64,000 bases of DNA from Utricularia gibba (Eukaryota; Plantae; Magnoliophyta): the NCBI GenBank assembly GCA_002189035.1, contig CM007992.1, positions 496,001-560,000 on the forward strand, written 5' to 3'. This document shows positions 1-12,228 of this stretch, one piece after another. The position numbers and the translations under genes are program-made. The notes beneath the pieces are model-generated. The model was not told where the DNA came from. It saw only the letters and a program-made list of their open reading frames with translations, and made no database searches. The stretch's first letter is position 1; every line of letters begins with the position of its first letter.

Positions 1-275
1 CCTAGAACCCCCGTCCGAGCGGGACAAATGCTTCCCCGCGAAATGACCCGCCGGTTCACGCCGCCGCCTAAACCCGGTTTTTGAATTTTAATTTTTAATT
101 TCTTTTATGAATTAAAAAACCCGGTTTTTTTTAAGTGTAATTAAAAAAAAATCCTAAGCAATCTCCTCAGTCAGCCACCAATATTTTCTGTGGCCTCCCT
201 TTTTTCTCCGTTTCTCATCATCTCAACACACGGCCACCCTTTCTTCGCCCCTCCCACACTCGCCACTCCTCTGCA

Positions 276-753
276 ATGGCGACTTCAGTTTCCCCTTCTC
301 CGTTTCTGGGTACCTGGGTGGGAGAAGACCAAGCCCTTTTCAATGCCAAGGCGGCCGCGGCCCAGCGGGTACCGTCGACGCGCCCTGTTCGAGGACGCCC
401 GATGATGAAGAATGTCAATGAAGGCAAAGGTATATTCGCTCCGGTAGTTGTTGCCACTCGCAATATCGTCGGGAAGAAGAGGTTCAATCAGCTCAGGGGA
501 AAAGCCATTGCTCTGCACTCCCAGGTAACAAAGTTTGGATTTTGATCGCGGTTGTTTCTGTTCAGTGAAGATTCTCTGTGAAATCATAAAGCAGCAAGTG
601 TATCATTCTGTTTTGAAAGATGTGGTCTGTGGTTGGTTTGGACTGTAGGTGATCACAGAGTTCTGTAAATCCATAGGAGCCGACTCCAAACAGAGACAAG
701 GGCTCATACGTTTGGCTAAGAAAAATGGAGAATGGTTGGGATTTCTTGCGTGA
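276..753 (+). CDS. PGR5: PROTON GRADIENT REGULATION 5, chloroplastic; 2 exons (276-524, 649-753), 117 aa
   Basis: Transit peptide followed by MMKNVNEGKGIFAPVVVATRNIVGKKRFNQLRGKAIALHSQ|VITEFCKSIGADSKQRQGLIRLAKKNGEWLGFLA*; GT-AG intron 525-648. Confidence 0.96.
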
Positions 754-827
754 ATCATTTCATATGTTGGTTCAATACTTGTACTTGGAACCATTGTTGC
801 TGTATGTGAGATCCTCGTTAAGTATAT

Positions 828-1995
828 TCATCTCTCTTCGCTTGATAGTATAGAGCTTGATACCCCCACCACGCCTTTGATTTTGTTCATGGGAACTGCA
901 TCAGCACACCATCCCGTGGCTCTTTTGTAACCTGCAAGACACCAAAAGGGAAAAAACTGATCGATATAGACAAGTAGAAACATATGTTAAAGAATGATGT
1001 GAGGTCCTAATGGAGCAGATGTGGTCTGGAGACATATGCCCGCATCTGTAACGAAAGACATCTCTGTCTCTTTATCAGACATGTAACTCTGCTGATACCA
1101 AATGTATAAAAGTAAGATGAGCACATGACTTATGTCTGAATCCAAATTCAAACAGAAATTCCAATAAAATCAAAAGCCCAGACTAAAGTTTCCAGCTTTA
1201 CGCTGCTTAATTTGGAAAAAAAAAAGATGAAACCTGACTCGATTGGTGTGGCTTTATTGTAATCCCAAACCTTAACTGGAATGTATGAACACCAGGAAGT
1301 TCACCATCCGAAGCAGAGGATGAAAGTTTAGGATTATGGATGTAGCTGATCATGGGAGGTGCAGAGAAGCAGGCATATAGATGCATCTGCACTACATTAC
1401 CAGCGGCGGGGAAGGACACCGTTCAGGAAAAAAGATGCATAAAAGAAAATCACGAGGATATCAGGGAATCAGATTCAGAATTTTCACCGAAGTCAGATAG
1501 TGTACACACAATTCATAAGCTGCCCAAGAAATCAGACACTCGACAGTCGGCACCGATAACTGCCGCCATGGGATGTCATACAAGGGGGAATCGGAAACCT
1601 GGCTTCTGTATGTCTATAATCTACATACAAGGGAAAGAGTACAATTACTAGGGTTTGAATTGGGGAAGAATTTCAGATTTGAGCCTGGTACAAGCATCCT
1701 AAGCCCGTATAAATGGAGAAAGAACATGAGTTCGCTGCTCCATGCCCATTCAAGGCCCGCATTTCCTGGCTTTAGATTTATGTTCTGAGCCGACCGACCG
1801 GCGCCCCACCTCTAAATCGGTCACCACCCACCGGCACCGGAGCGAATTTCGTCGAATCGGCTCCGGAGTCTGGGGGCTTAGCACCGCCGTATACGGCCGA
1901 AGACTTTGGCAAATGGTTGGCTGCCGGCTACCCCAACTACCAGAAGGTCGACGAAGAAGAAACTAATGAAGGCACCTTGAATTGCGAACATCGGA
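828..1995 (-). CDS. Probable multi-exon gene of unidentified product, convergent with PGR5; boundaries approximate
   Basis: GC-richer blocks separated by AT-rich intron-like stretches with pyrimidine-tract/CAG acceptors (e.g. ttttggtgtcttgcag|gttac, exon starting at 931). A joinable path reads ...SAPPMISYIHNPKLSSSASDGELPGVHTFQLR|CGHMSPDHICSIRTSHHSLTY|VTKEPRDGVLMQFP* (stop 887-889; an alternative last-exon frame stops at 828-830). The 5' frame is unresolved and the family is not recognised. Confidence 0.4.
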
Positions 1996-2286
1996 TCATT
2001 TTCAAATCTGGTGAGTCAAGTGAAAAGTTGGAAAGGAAGCTGATGTATCTCTTCACCATTGCCCTACACTGATACACTATATGTACGGTAATTGGATTTA
2101 GTAAAAAGAGCCGTTGATCTCATAACGGCTAGTTCTGCCAAGTTTTTCATTTGTTTTTGTTTTTCAAGTGGAAGTCACTGATGCAGAGCATAGGGAAACA
2201 TTATGTTTCAAACACTTCTGTGCATGTAGTTTCTGAGTTACAGTAACACTATTGTAAAATGACTCCGATAGCAAAACATACATGTT

Positions 2287-3957
2287 TCAACTCCAGTGAA
2301 GTTCAGCATTTTGGGAATGGATGACAGCCACAGCAATGGCAAAACACTGCAGATTTGATAATGTGGATTGGAAATGGATGCTATACAAGCTGTCTCGAAT
2401 GCTTTCCATCTTCAAAACTGGCGCATCTTGTCTCAAGCCCTGCAAAAACATTAGCATCGACCCATGTGAGGATCAGATGAGTAGATGATTTCCAGTTGAG
2501 ATGGATAAACAGATGAATGGATGAACCTGTGTGAAGAGATGAACTGGCTTGCATTTCCCTAGAGATGAATTTTCTGAGTTGCTCTGCTTTGGTTCGAGTA
2601 CTGTTAATAGGCAGCCGATGTCCCAGCCGCCGCAATCGCAGCCACCACCAGAGATCCATCGCTCGACCAGGCTTGAAGGGCCAGCAGATTTGGAATTAGA
2701 ATTCCCATGTAAACCGGCAGGAATCAGGACGTTCATGCTTGTTGAGCATACGCTGTTGTTTCTAGTGTTGTTTCCAGAAGGCTCAAGTGTTTCCAGTGAT
2801 GGATCATTTCTAGGTTTCTTGAGGAACTTCAGCCCCCATCCTCCATTCTCAGCAATCACAGGGCCAACGCAAGTTTCTCTAAGAACAATGGCTGCAATCT
2901 CATGGCTTGGAAGATCATTATTTTCAGCAGATAGAACAGAACTTTGATCTTCAGAATGGTCTGCAAAGCTGTTATCTTCCAAAAGAACACTCTTAAGAGA
3001 GGCTCTCGAAAGCGATCGCTGGTTCATTAAGTTCCCCGATCGGAATGCACTTCTCATCTTTCTTGTCAATCTGCTCTTATTGGAATTATGTGGGCTGATC
3101 TTCTCATTATGATCATCGCGTAAAGCATACAGAATGAACTTGGTCTCTCTGATTTGCTCCATACCTGAGCACAGTATGATTTCAGTAAACACTCGCATTG
3201 TGGCTATGGTTTCTCTCTTGGTGGCGCTCTCCTTTTTGCCTGCAAAGAAAGCGTACACACATTCCAATGCTTTATCATTCAAAGATTCCACCTTTGAAGC
3301 AGTTGCCGTATAAGCATCCCTCCTGCCTTCAGTTCTGAAAACATGATGAAGAACACCATCTCTCCATTTAGACTGCACTGTTCCGTGGATTGAGAAAACA
3401 GAAGAGCTGCGCAAGTCAATCCTCTCCTCCGGCGCAGCTATGGATTCATGGTCTCCGGCTTCCACCACCGTGGTTTCAGGTTCACCAGATAACAAGTATC
3501 TGAATTGGACCGGCGCACAGGTACTCAAGTCACCGGAACCAAACTGTTTAATCAATGGGCTCAAGATCTTCTGCATTCTCAGGCTATCTCCGATCATGAA
3601 GTCATCACCGGAAGCCGCCGGACTCCGGTCTAGGAATGAAGCCTTACCATATGCATCTGCTCTCGTGCCTTCCGACTCAAGTAGAAAAGCATGGACTTTA
3701 GACTGTTTCCAGCTCGATCTTCTAACTGCATGATCATGTATCAGTTCAAGGCATCGGATTGCATGCTTCTCGCCGGACGTTGGAATATGTTTCGGAATGC
3801 TACTCGGAAGTGAAAGCTCAACCCGACACGATGGGATCCGCCCTGATCTTAGCAACTCCAGTTTCTTCTCAGGATCCAAACCAGTTCTGCTTGCAAGCAC
3901 AAGATGGCGATGAGACAATGCTGCAGTTTCTTGTTTCCTTCCCTTGCTCATGTCCAT
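2287..3957 (-). CDS. DUF3527 family protein; exons 3957-2527 and 2439-2287
   Basis: 494-aa ORF containing SLVERWISGGGCDCGGWDIGC, the DUF3527 signature, and EIAAIV; spliced C-terminus GLRQDAPVLKM...YSIHFQSTLSNLQCFAIAVAVIHSQ. Confidence 0.88.
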
Positions 3958-6287
3958 ACCTTCAAGATCAACATCTGTATCACATTAAGAACCACTTCTG
4001 TGTACACGTTACTTGTTTGTTCTCAGAATTCCATCATCAACCAAACCTGTATGCAAACATAGCAATTTATTTGAAGGAAGTTGTGATGTTACAGCTGAGA
4101 TTCAGCCAAGCACAAGAGAAGAAGGATCAACAACATGACATGTCACATGGTGCTAAACACAATTGCAGGACCGCAGAGATAAATATGCTGCTATGAATTC
4201 ACAAATCGCTTTTCAATAGGCTGTCTGTCCCTTCAAATCGACAGGCCCTGATTCAGATTGATTTGCATAAGTAGATGGCTCCTGGAAAAAGCCACACCTC
4301 TACCCAAATTCAGAGCTTCGACAAGATAAATCAACGTAATCTGAATATGGGTTTTGAGGAGGCAGACAAAAAAACACGTTCTTGGATAAAGGTGAAAGCA
4401 AAGCTTCGATCTTGGTTCAAAGTCAAAAAGGGGAGATTGAGTACTGTCTATCTGATGAGGAAAAGCTAAAGTTTTTGAGACGCAACTGAAAAGTCCAAAA
4501 CCCAGTTGTTGATTCTCGAAGAGAAACAAGAAAAGAAAACGAAAAGCTGCAGATTCCCAGATAAACCAACAAAGACATTTGAGTACACATATTGACAAGA
4601 GACAGGAAGACTCCGAACACACTAACCCAGAGATGCTGAACAATGGCGTAAGCCACGTTTGTTTGCAAAAAATCAGCATGGTCGGCCCCCCAAATCACGA
4701 ACCCGCATCTTCAATGGAGAATCAAAGAATGGCATCCTCCACAGAAAGCGAAGCAGAGAAAAGAAAGCACAGTTGTTTTTGCACTGAAAGAGCTTTTTTG
4801 AAAAAAAAAAAAAAAACTGCAACGGCGGGGGGTGAGAGAGAAAGAGAGGGAGCACCGGTGAAATTAAGAGCTAGATTAGGATTAGGACATAGATGCGGTT
4901 AAACTAACGAATCAAGTTCAGACAAGAGGAGGCAACTAGGCCAATAGAGAAGCGCCGTTTGAAATGAAGAAGGAACCATTAACTGCAGTTTTTCAGACAT
5001 GTCACCCAGTCACAAACCTTTTTCCCCAATGCCTAATTAATTAAACCATTGTTTAATTGTGATATCAAATTAACAACAATAATAATATAATTTACAGTTT
5101 AATAACATTTTAAATGATGAAAAAAATCCATGAATCAATTGAATATTTTTCTTATTAAAAATATTAAATCACAAGTGGAGAAATCATTTTCAGAAGGAAA
5201 ATCAAAATAAGAATTTTGAAACTCTAACCGATCTATTCCAGAAGGATCAACTACTAATATTAAGCTCCATTCAACTAACGATAATTTATAATATATTCCC
5301 ATTAAACCAAATGAAATTGTTATAACTCATCTCCTCTCTATGTCATAATTAATCGTTACATAGAATATATATTGAATTTTGATTCATTTTTTACTTTAAA
5401 TTGTTTTATAAAATTTATAAAACAATTTTATCTTTGATAAAGTTGATGATGGGTGGATGTGATTGTACAACTAATTTATATTACATTAATAACGGAAAAG
5501 GAACCACCTGCTCCCCTGTCTTAAATACTCCATACCCCAGTGGTTAAGACAGGGTACATCCATCTATTAATGCCTGATTAAGATGCTAATTATTTCTTAA
5601 AGCTTTTTTAATTCAACATTAATTAGGAAGAATGCATTTATAACATTATGTATTTATTAATATAGTAAATAATAAGTGAGGATGAATGAATAAATACATA
5701 AATAAATACCATTTCAACGAATTGTAAAATTGATACTAAATCATATTAATTTTTCCATAAAAAGAAAAGTAGCCCATTGGGTTCGAGACCATGGCCCACC
5801 CAATCCTTTCTAGAATCGGCTAACAAGGCCCAATTTCACACATCCCAATGTTGGTTAAATGATTTCGAAGACGGTATTAAAATGATTAATTTAAATTTGA
5901 ATCGTTTCAAAATATAAAAAATAATTCACGATTTGATCGTTGTTCAACTATGCTTTAATGACAATTTTATGTCTTAAGAAAAATACAAAAAAATTTGTTT
6001 AAAAAAACGAATTATTCAATGGATTTATGTTTTTTTAGATTTAAAATACTGCTTCGAATTGATAATTAAAATTTAATAGATAGGAAAAAACTTAAATCTG
6101 AATCCACAAAAATGACATAATTTATGTGTTGTGTTGTGTTGTGTCTACCATGTCATGCCCTAGGGGTGTCTCGTCCCATATATATACTTCTACATACACA
6201 TAAGAGTACATTAGCTAGTCTCCAAAATCACACAAACACATATACCATGTGACCAATTTATTCAGCCCCTATCCATTTATCCCTGAT

Positions 6288-6309
6288 GGGTCGGGTCGGG
6301 TCGGGTCGG
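6288..6309. repeat. (GGGTC)4 pentanucleotide repeat with a canonical G-quadruplex motif on the + strand
   Basis: GGGTCGGGTCGGGTCGGGTCGG read directly, a few nt downstream of the CCT gene stop codon. Confidence 0.85.
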
Positions 6310-6312
6310 ATA

Positions 6313-8181
6313 TCAGATCCATGACTGAATTGGGTAGTTGCATTTGTAAGTAGGCACACCATTTATGTGTGCAAATATGTCTCTTGAATCCAAATGATCC
6401 TCTTCTTTCAATCCCATCTACAACACAATACAACCAAATTATCTTATTTTGAACCCGATTTAACCCATTAGTTATTCGGGTCTAAAATTCGTACACTCTT
6501 CTGAAAATAATTAAATTAAAAAATATATATTGATAAAAAAAAAAGTTATGTTGTGTGAATAAATATATATTTTTTTTGCATTCTTTTTGTGTGAATTAAA
6601 CCGTAAATCAATGATAATTTTGGGTTTGGTATTTGGATTTTGGAAGTGACAAAAGAAGACGTTTTTGGTGGTTACCTTTCGAGAATCTGAGAAGGAGTTG
6701 ATGCCTTCATCGGCATTATCTTCGTCGTGGTTGCACCTCGCTAGCTCCCCTAGTTCGTCGTTCTTCGTGAAGCGTCCTCGGACGCGGGGCCGACTGTCGG
6801 CGAGCGTTTTCCGGCAAGCGTACTGCATCCGGGTTTGGAGATTTTTATGTGAGAATGGAGAGGTTTCCAGGGTTTTAAGTAGGCGGGGGTGTTGTTTGTA
6901 CCTTGATTTTCTTGCTGAAGTTTCTCTCGTTTCTCTTCTTCAAGTATCTGTGGATCTTCCTTCTCCTTTCTTCTGCGGACAGCTTCCCTACTTTGAACGT
7001 TGGATCTTCCAGACTCGAGAGATCTGATCCCAGAAGGTTGCAGCTTGTTGCAGAGCCGTTTATCAGCTGCTGCTGCTGCTGTTGCTGCTGCCGTTCAGTG
7101 CTCAGACTCTGGTTTCATCACAGAGGAACGGATTTAGTTAGTGCAGAGGTGACGTGAAGCGGGTGGGTGCATCTGCAGTTTGGTTTAGACAAGTGTACCT
7201 GAATGTCGATGTCGTTTGGGCAATTGAAGATTCTTGGGAGGGTGGCGGGGTAAAAAAGGCCGCCATTGCCGCCTTGGAAATCAAGTTCTGGATGTGAAAA
7301 ATCAGTTCCCAGAAACAATCCGCCGCCGGGGAAAATTTCGGCTGTTTCGGGGGAAAAGGCAGGGGCAGAGACGGTGGCGGCGGCAAAGTAGGGGGGAATC
7401 ATGGGGTTCAAAAGGGAGCATTCCTCCGAGAGGGGTGGTGCCAGGCCGGGGGCTGCCAGACTGGGCCACTGCGATCCTGGAAACGAAGAGTTGATGAAAT
7501 TGTCCAGAGACGGCTGGTCTGGGAAAGGGGGAATCGTGAGCGCGTCGTGATTCCCTACGGAGCCGCCTGTGTTGAGGTAGCCGTTGCCCTCGCCGGCGAC
7601 GAAGTTCCGAGGAGACGAAGTGAAATCAATCGACGCCGAGATGTCGTTGTCAATCTGGTCGTCGTCGAATATCATCGACAAGCCCCCGCCACCCCCCTCC
7701 GCAGCGGTATTCATTTCTCCGTTGACGGCGGCCATGATTTGATCCGTGTAAGAAGACTGCTCCTCGTAGCAGCAGTTGGAACTCGACTCCACCTCCGAGC
7801 TCTGCAGCGTCTCCGGCAACCATTCCACGCCGCAGAAATCGAAGATTTCAGCCCCGGCGGCGGGGCTCGTCACATCCTTCCAGAAATAAATCAAATTCAG
7901 CAAATTCCAAAATCTGAAATCCGACATATTCCGATCGGCGGAGCACTGATTCAATACATGCAGAGCATATGGAATGTATTTATACTGCTCATCTTTTTCA
8001 CATGAGGAATCAAGTTGCCCAAACTTGCAATACAAGCTAAACCTAAATAAACACTTTCCCATTGGAGCAAACAAACAAATATCAAATTGGTGATTACGAT
8101 CGGAAGAATTTGATCCGTCGACGGCGAGGAATGCTGATCACCAGGAACAATTCGGTCCGGCGTCGGCGAGGCGTCTCCCAT
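6313..8181 (-). CDS. CCT-motif family (CMF) protein, about 5 exons, with a poly-Gln tract
   Basis: DVTSPAAGAEIFDFC...ETLQSSEVESSSNCCYEE; KVGKLSAEERRRKIHRYLKKRNERNFSKKIK|YACRKTLADSRPRVRGRF (CCT domain); terminal exon HLDSRDIFAHINGVPTYKCNYPIQSWI* with stop at 6313-6315; putative first exon MGDASPTPDRIVPGDQHSSPSTDQILPI. Confidence 0.9.
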
Positions 8182-9610
8182 CTCCGTTCTCCGACCAAAT
8201 ACTTAGACGCCGATTACGAGGATCACGATTTTTCTCGTACGCGGGAGACGTTAATGTTCATGGGATGCTGCGGCAATGATCGACGTTAGCCAATCGGTTA
8301 AATACCCAGGGTCCGTATATCGGAGTCTTGGCGAGAATGGCGCTCCGCCGCAGGTTAATGTCTTCCAACGGAACGGAATCCGTACCGAACTCCTCGCCCT
8401 TTTGGTCGGTTCAGGTTTTACAGCGTCACCGCGGTAAAAATCACACCTCCCCGAATTTACAGTAAAAATAATAAAAAATTACCATAAGTATCGCTACTCA
8501 AACTTTTTAATAAAATAAAAAATACTCCTAAATTTACCCAGGTAGAGATAAGACGACGTGTCAAAGGACGATTGGTGGACTTCCACCCTTTTTATATTCT
8601 ACCTTTTTTGTGCATTAATCCGATGCTTCTTAATCAAAACCCTTTGCATTTATCATTGTCGTGGGATGCCTTCGAATTTGTTCCTGTTGCATGACTCTCG
8701 GCAAGTGCATGTAATTGTATCAAATGTTTAGAGATATATTTTTAATATTTTGATGCATTGAATTATGATTTTATAATTATATTCTATTATTTTGATAAAT
8801 ATAATTAAAAATTAATGAATCCGATGGAACCGTTTACAAAAGTATTCAACCTAGAACCATAACTACACGATTAAATAAGTTTAACCCGTTTTTAAAATAT
8901 TCGAATTATGGATAATTATACATGAAAAAGCGGGGGATTCCCAAACAATAATTTTTTGTTTAGTGACGTGTACATCTGGGAAAAGTGCTTTAAAAAGACC
9001 ATTTTTTTAAAAAAAAATAATAGCAAAAGGAGTGGATTAATGAGAATCCGAACAGTTCATATTCGGAGTGGCTGCGGCTACTTTTGTCAGTCAAAAAAGT
9101 AATAAAAAATGTGTAATTTAAATATTCATAACCCAGATATTTGTCACACTAGATATTTACATAAACACCGTTTTATACTAAAAATTGTATCATTAAAAAA
9201 TTCATTTATATTTAATAATAAAAAATGATTTTTTCAGAAATACAAGATGTTTCAAACTACAAAGTACGGGTATGAGTATGTCATCAGAACACAAAACATA
9301 CGTGTCAGTACTTTATAGGTTTCAAACAATCAATTATCTTCAAATTTATTTTTTATTTCAAAAGTTAGTATAGAGGAAAAGGTTTTATATAATAATTTAA
9401 TTAATAATATGTTTAAATAATTAATATTTAGATAAATATGTATGATATAATTTAAAGTGTATTTGATATATATGTTTTATAAATATGTATCTAAAATGCT
9501 TATGATAAAAAAATATGTAAATATTTTACAAATGATATTAATAATTTGAAGATTGATGTATAATTTAAAGAAATAAACAAATATATCAACCGATAAAAAA
9601 AATATATCAT

Positions 9611-11572
9611 TCAGACATCGAGCTCCCAGTAAATCAGCTTCAAAGTGTGTGCTATAGTCTGGAAATCAGAATGTGTTCCATCTCCAGAAAGAAACACTTT
9701 CCACTGGCCACTGGATTCAATCCAACTACACCCAGGTTGCTTCTTGACACCTTGCTGTTTCATGCTACTCCACACTCTGTAAGCTTCTTCCTTCCTGCCT
9801 CTAGCAAGATACATCTCGGCAAGAATCATGTACACACCGGAGTTCCAAGGATTGAGCTCCAGGAGCTTCTTACCGGCGATCTCTGCTGTTGAGAGGTCGC
9901 CGTGTAGCCGGCTTGCGCCGAACATTGCTCCCCAGATGCTCTCACCAGCTTCTACCCCCTCCAGATTCATCTGGTTCAAGAGATCCATTGCCTCGTCTAA
10001 AAGCCCACGTCTCCCTAACAGATTCACCATGCATGTGTAGTGTTCGATTGTTGGCTTGATCCCGTACTCATTTCGCATGGAGTGGAAGCAAGACTTGCCC
10101 TTTTCTACGAAACCTGCGTGGCTGTATGCTGAAAGAACACCAACAAAAGTTATTGAGTTCGGCTTCACACCGGACAAGGTCATGCTTTCAAAGATGTCTA
10201 TGGCTTCTGCGCCATGGCCGTGGTGCGCGAGCCCGCATATGATAGAGTTCCAGGAGATGATATCAGGGGAAGCCATGGAAGTGAATTGGCTCAATGCAGA
10301 ATCCATGTCGCCACAGCGAGAGTACATACTGATCAATGCATTGGTAACCGGAGTAGTGCTGTTGATTCCCAGCTTCACTGATTCAGCATGCATTTGCTTT
10401 CCCAGGCTCAGGGATGGCATGTTTGAACATATTGTTAGAAAACTGGTAACTGTGGATTCATCAGGCGACAGGCCATTTTGCTTCATTCTGATCAGCAGTT
10501 TGACTCCATCTTCTCCGAGATCATGTTCTCCTAATCCAAATATTGCAGCATTCCAGGCAGCTGTATCAGGATCAGCCATGGAGTTGAAAACTTGAACAGC
10601 GCTTGATACCTCTCCAATCCTGAAGTACCCAACCATGATGTTAGTCCATGACACTGTGCAGCCATATGGCCTTTTCTCTAGCAGGGCATGCCCTTCTTTT
10701 ACCAAGCCATTCTTGATGCATTCTAATATGATCAACTTCCATAACTTCTTGAGTTTTTCTGGCATCTCATTGAAAAGCCTCACAGCATCATTGATTCTAC
10801 CATTTCTAGCGTATCCTTCCACCATTATACTCCATGAATTCAGATCCTTTTCAGGCATCCTCTGAAAGAAGCCCTCTGCAGTTTCCAGAACTTCACTTTG
10901 GACATAGCCCAGTAGCATCGCATTCCATGCTTGAACATCCTTCACGGGCATAGCATAAAAATGGTTGATTGCTTCAGATATCCGCCCAGAATCAAGATAT
11001 GCTTTAAGCATGATTGTCCAGGAAACTGTGTCTCTGTGCTTCATTTCCTTGAATAGCTCTTCAGCTCGGGCAAATTCTCTAAGCTTCACTAGTCCACCAA
11101 TAACTAAATTCCAAGAAACCAAGTCCTTCAAAGGCATGACACTGAACAGCCTCATTGCATCCTCAACCCGATCATTAGTGAAGTACCCGGAAAGCAAGGA
11201 ATTCCAGGTAACAACATCTCGAAATCTCATGCTCTGCAACACATCTTCGGCTCCTTCAACATCACCGCTCCGCATTAATCCAGCTATCATTGTATTACAG
11301 GTGAATGTATCACGGTGGAGCATCTGATTGTACAGAGATATAGCCTTCTCATTAAACCCATTCTCAAAATACCCTCTAATCATAGTGTTGTACGTAACAG
11401 TACCCTTGCTAGGCATTTCGTCGAACAGCTGCTCGGCTTCGTAAACAAGGCCGCATCTCATGAAATTAGAGATTTTTGAGTTGAAAGGCTTGATGTCCAG
11501 AAGCGTGGTGAACAGACGACGCTTCAAATGGAGCCCAGGAACTATCTTTGTAATTCTGAAGTGAACCGACAT
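9611..11572 (-). CDS. PLS-class pentatricopeptide repeat protein with E domain (PCMP-E), 653 aa, intronless; candidate organellar RNA editing factor
   Basis: Repeated DxVSWNxxIxG motifs, IKPTIEHYTCMVNLLGRRG, and E-domain YMILAEMY...GVKKQPGCSWIE; no DYW domain. Confidence 0.95.
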   Translation of the reverse strand: MSVHFRITKIVPGLHLKRRLFTTLLDIKPFNSKISNFMRCGLVYEAEQLFDEMPSKGTVTYNTMIRGYFENGFNEKAISLYNQMLHRDTFTCNTMIAGLMRSGDVEGAEDVLQSMRFRDVVTWNSLLSGYFTNDRVEDAMRLFSVMPLKDLVSWNLVIGGLVKLREFARAEELFKEMKHRDTVSWTIMLKAYLDSGRISEAINHFYAMPVKDVQAWNAMLLGYVQSEVLETAEGFFQRMPEKDLNSWSIMVEGYARNGRINDAVRLFNEMPEKLKKLWKLIILECIKNGLVKEGHALLEKRPYGCTVSWTNIMVGYFRIGEVSSAVQVFNSMADPDTAAWNAAIFGLGEHDLGEDGVKLLIRMKQNGLSPDESTVTSFLTICSNMPSLSLGKQMHAESVKLGINSTTPVTNALISMYSRCGDMDSALSQFTSMASPDIISWNSIICGLAHHGHGAEAIDIFESMTLSGVKPNSITFVGVLSAYSHAGFVEKGKSCFHSMRNEYGIKPTIEHYTCMVNLLGRRGLLDEAMDLLNQMNLEGVEAGESIWGAMFGASRLHGDLSTAEIAGKKLLELNPWNSGVYMILAEMYLARGRKEEAYRVWSSMKQQGVKKQPGCSWIESSGQWKVFLSGDGTHSDFQTIAHTLKLIYWELDV

Positions 11573-12228
11573 TCTCCATAACCACGTCTCGAGACAGCCG
11601 GCTGGTATCCGGGAGAAGAAGAAGAATTTGGGTTAGACTGACACAATGGGAAAAAAGTGCACAGCCTGCTCCGTGACCAGCCCCATGTTCTCCTTTTGCT
11701 TGCCCAGCCGTTGCATTCTTAACAAAGTCCGAAAAGTCAAGATCAGATTTTTATTACAAGTTCAAGAGGAAATCCCCCACGGCTATTCATGGCCCCTTTT
11801 TGGATTCTCTTTGGCAACAAACGATTGAGAAAACCATTTGGGGTCTCGGAATGCCTTGCACATCTTCTGTTACTTGATCATACAAACTCATGTTCCATAT
11901 CTTAAGAGTTGATCGAAGGAAAGACATGAGAGCAGACAAATTATCTGCGCATACTTGAATCGCGTAGGGGCAGAACAAAACTAACCTCAGAAGTTGCCAA
12001 AGATCAGAATTTCTCATACGGAATCAAGAGGTTGCTGCACTACTTGACATTCTCCAGTTTCAAACATTAAGAAGATCTTTATTTCACACATTGAGATGAA
12101 CCCACAGAGATTCATGCTTAAGAAGCTACCAGTTTGGATGGAAACTGAACAAGCAGCATCATGTTCCAAAGCTCCGGATAGGCAAAAGAAAAGAAACAGT
12201 AGAAGGATTTCACCGGATGAAGTTCAGT

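Noticed and set aside
4233-4902. ORFs of 60-148 aa upstream of DUF3527
   Set aside because: Low-complexity, Phe/Leu- or Lys-rich translations typical of UTR or intron sequence; no family motif.
5780-5790. GGTTCGAGACC, a tRNA B-box-like motif
   Set aside because: No A-box or cloverleaf in the flanks.
9647-11327. Plus-strand ORFs over the PPR gene (and similar ones over CHX, GHR1, DUF3527 and MetRS)
   Set aside because: Antisense or alternative-frame shadows of real CDS.
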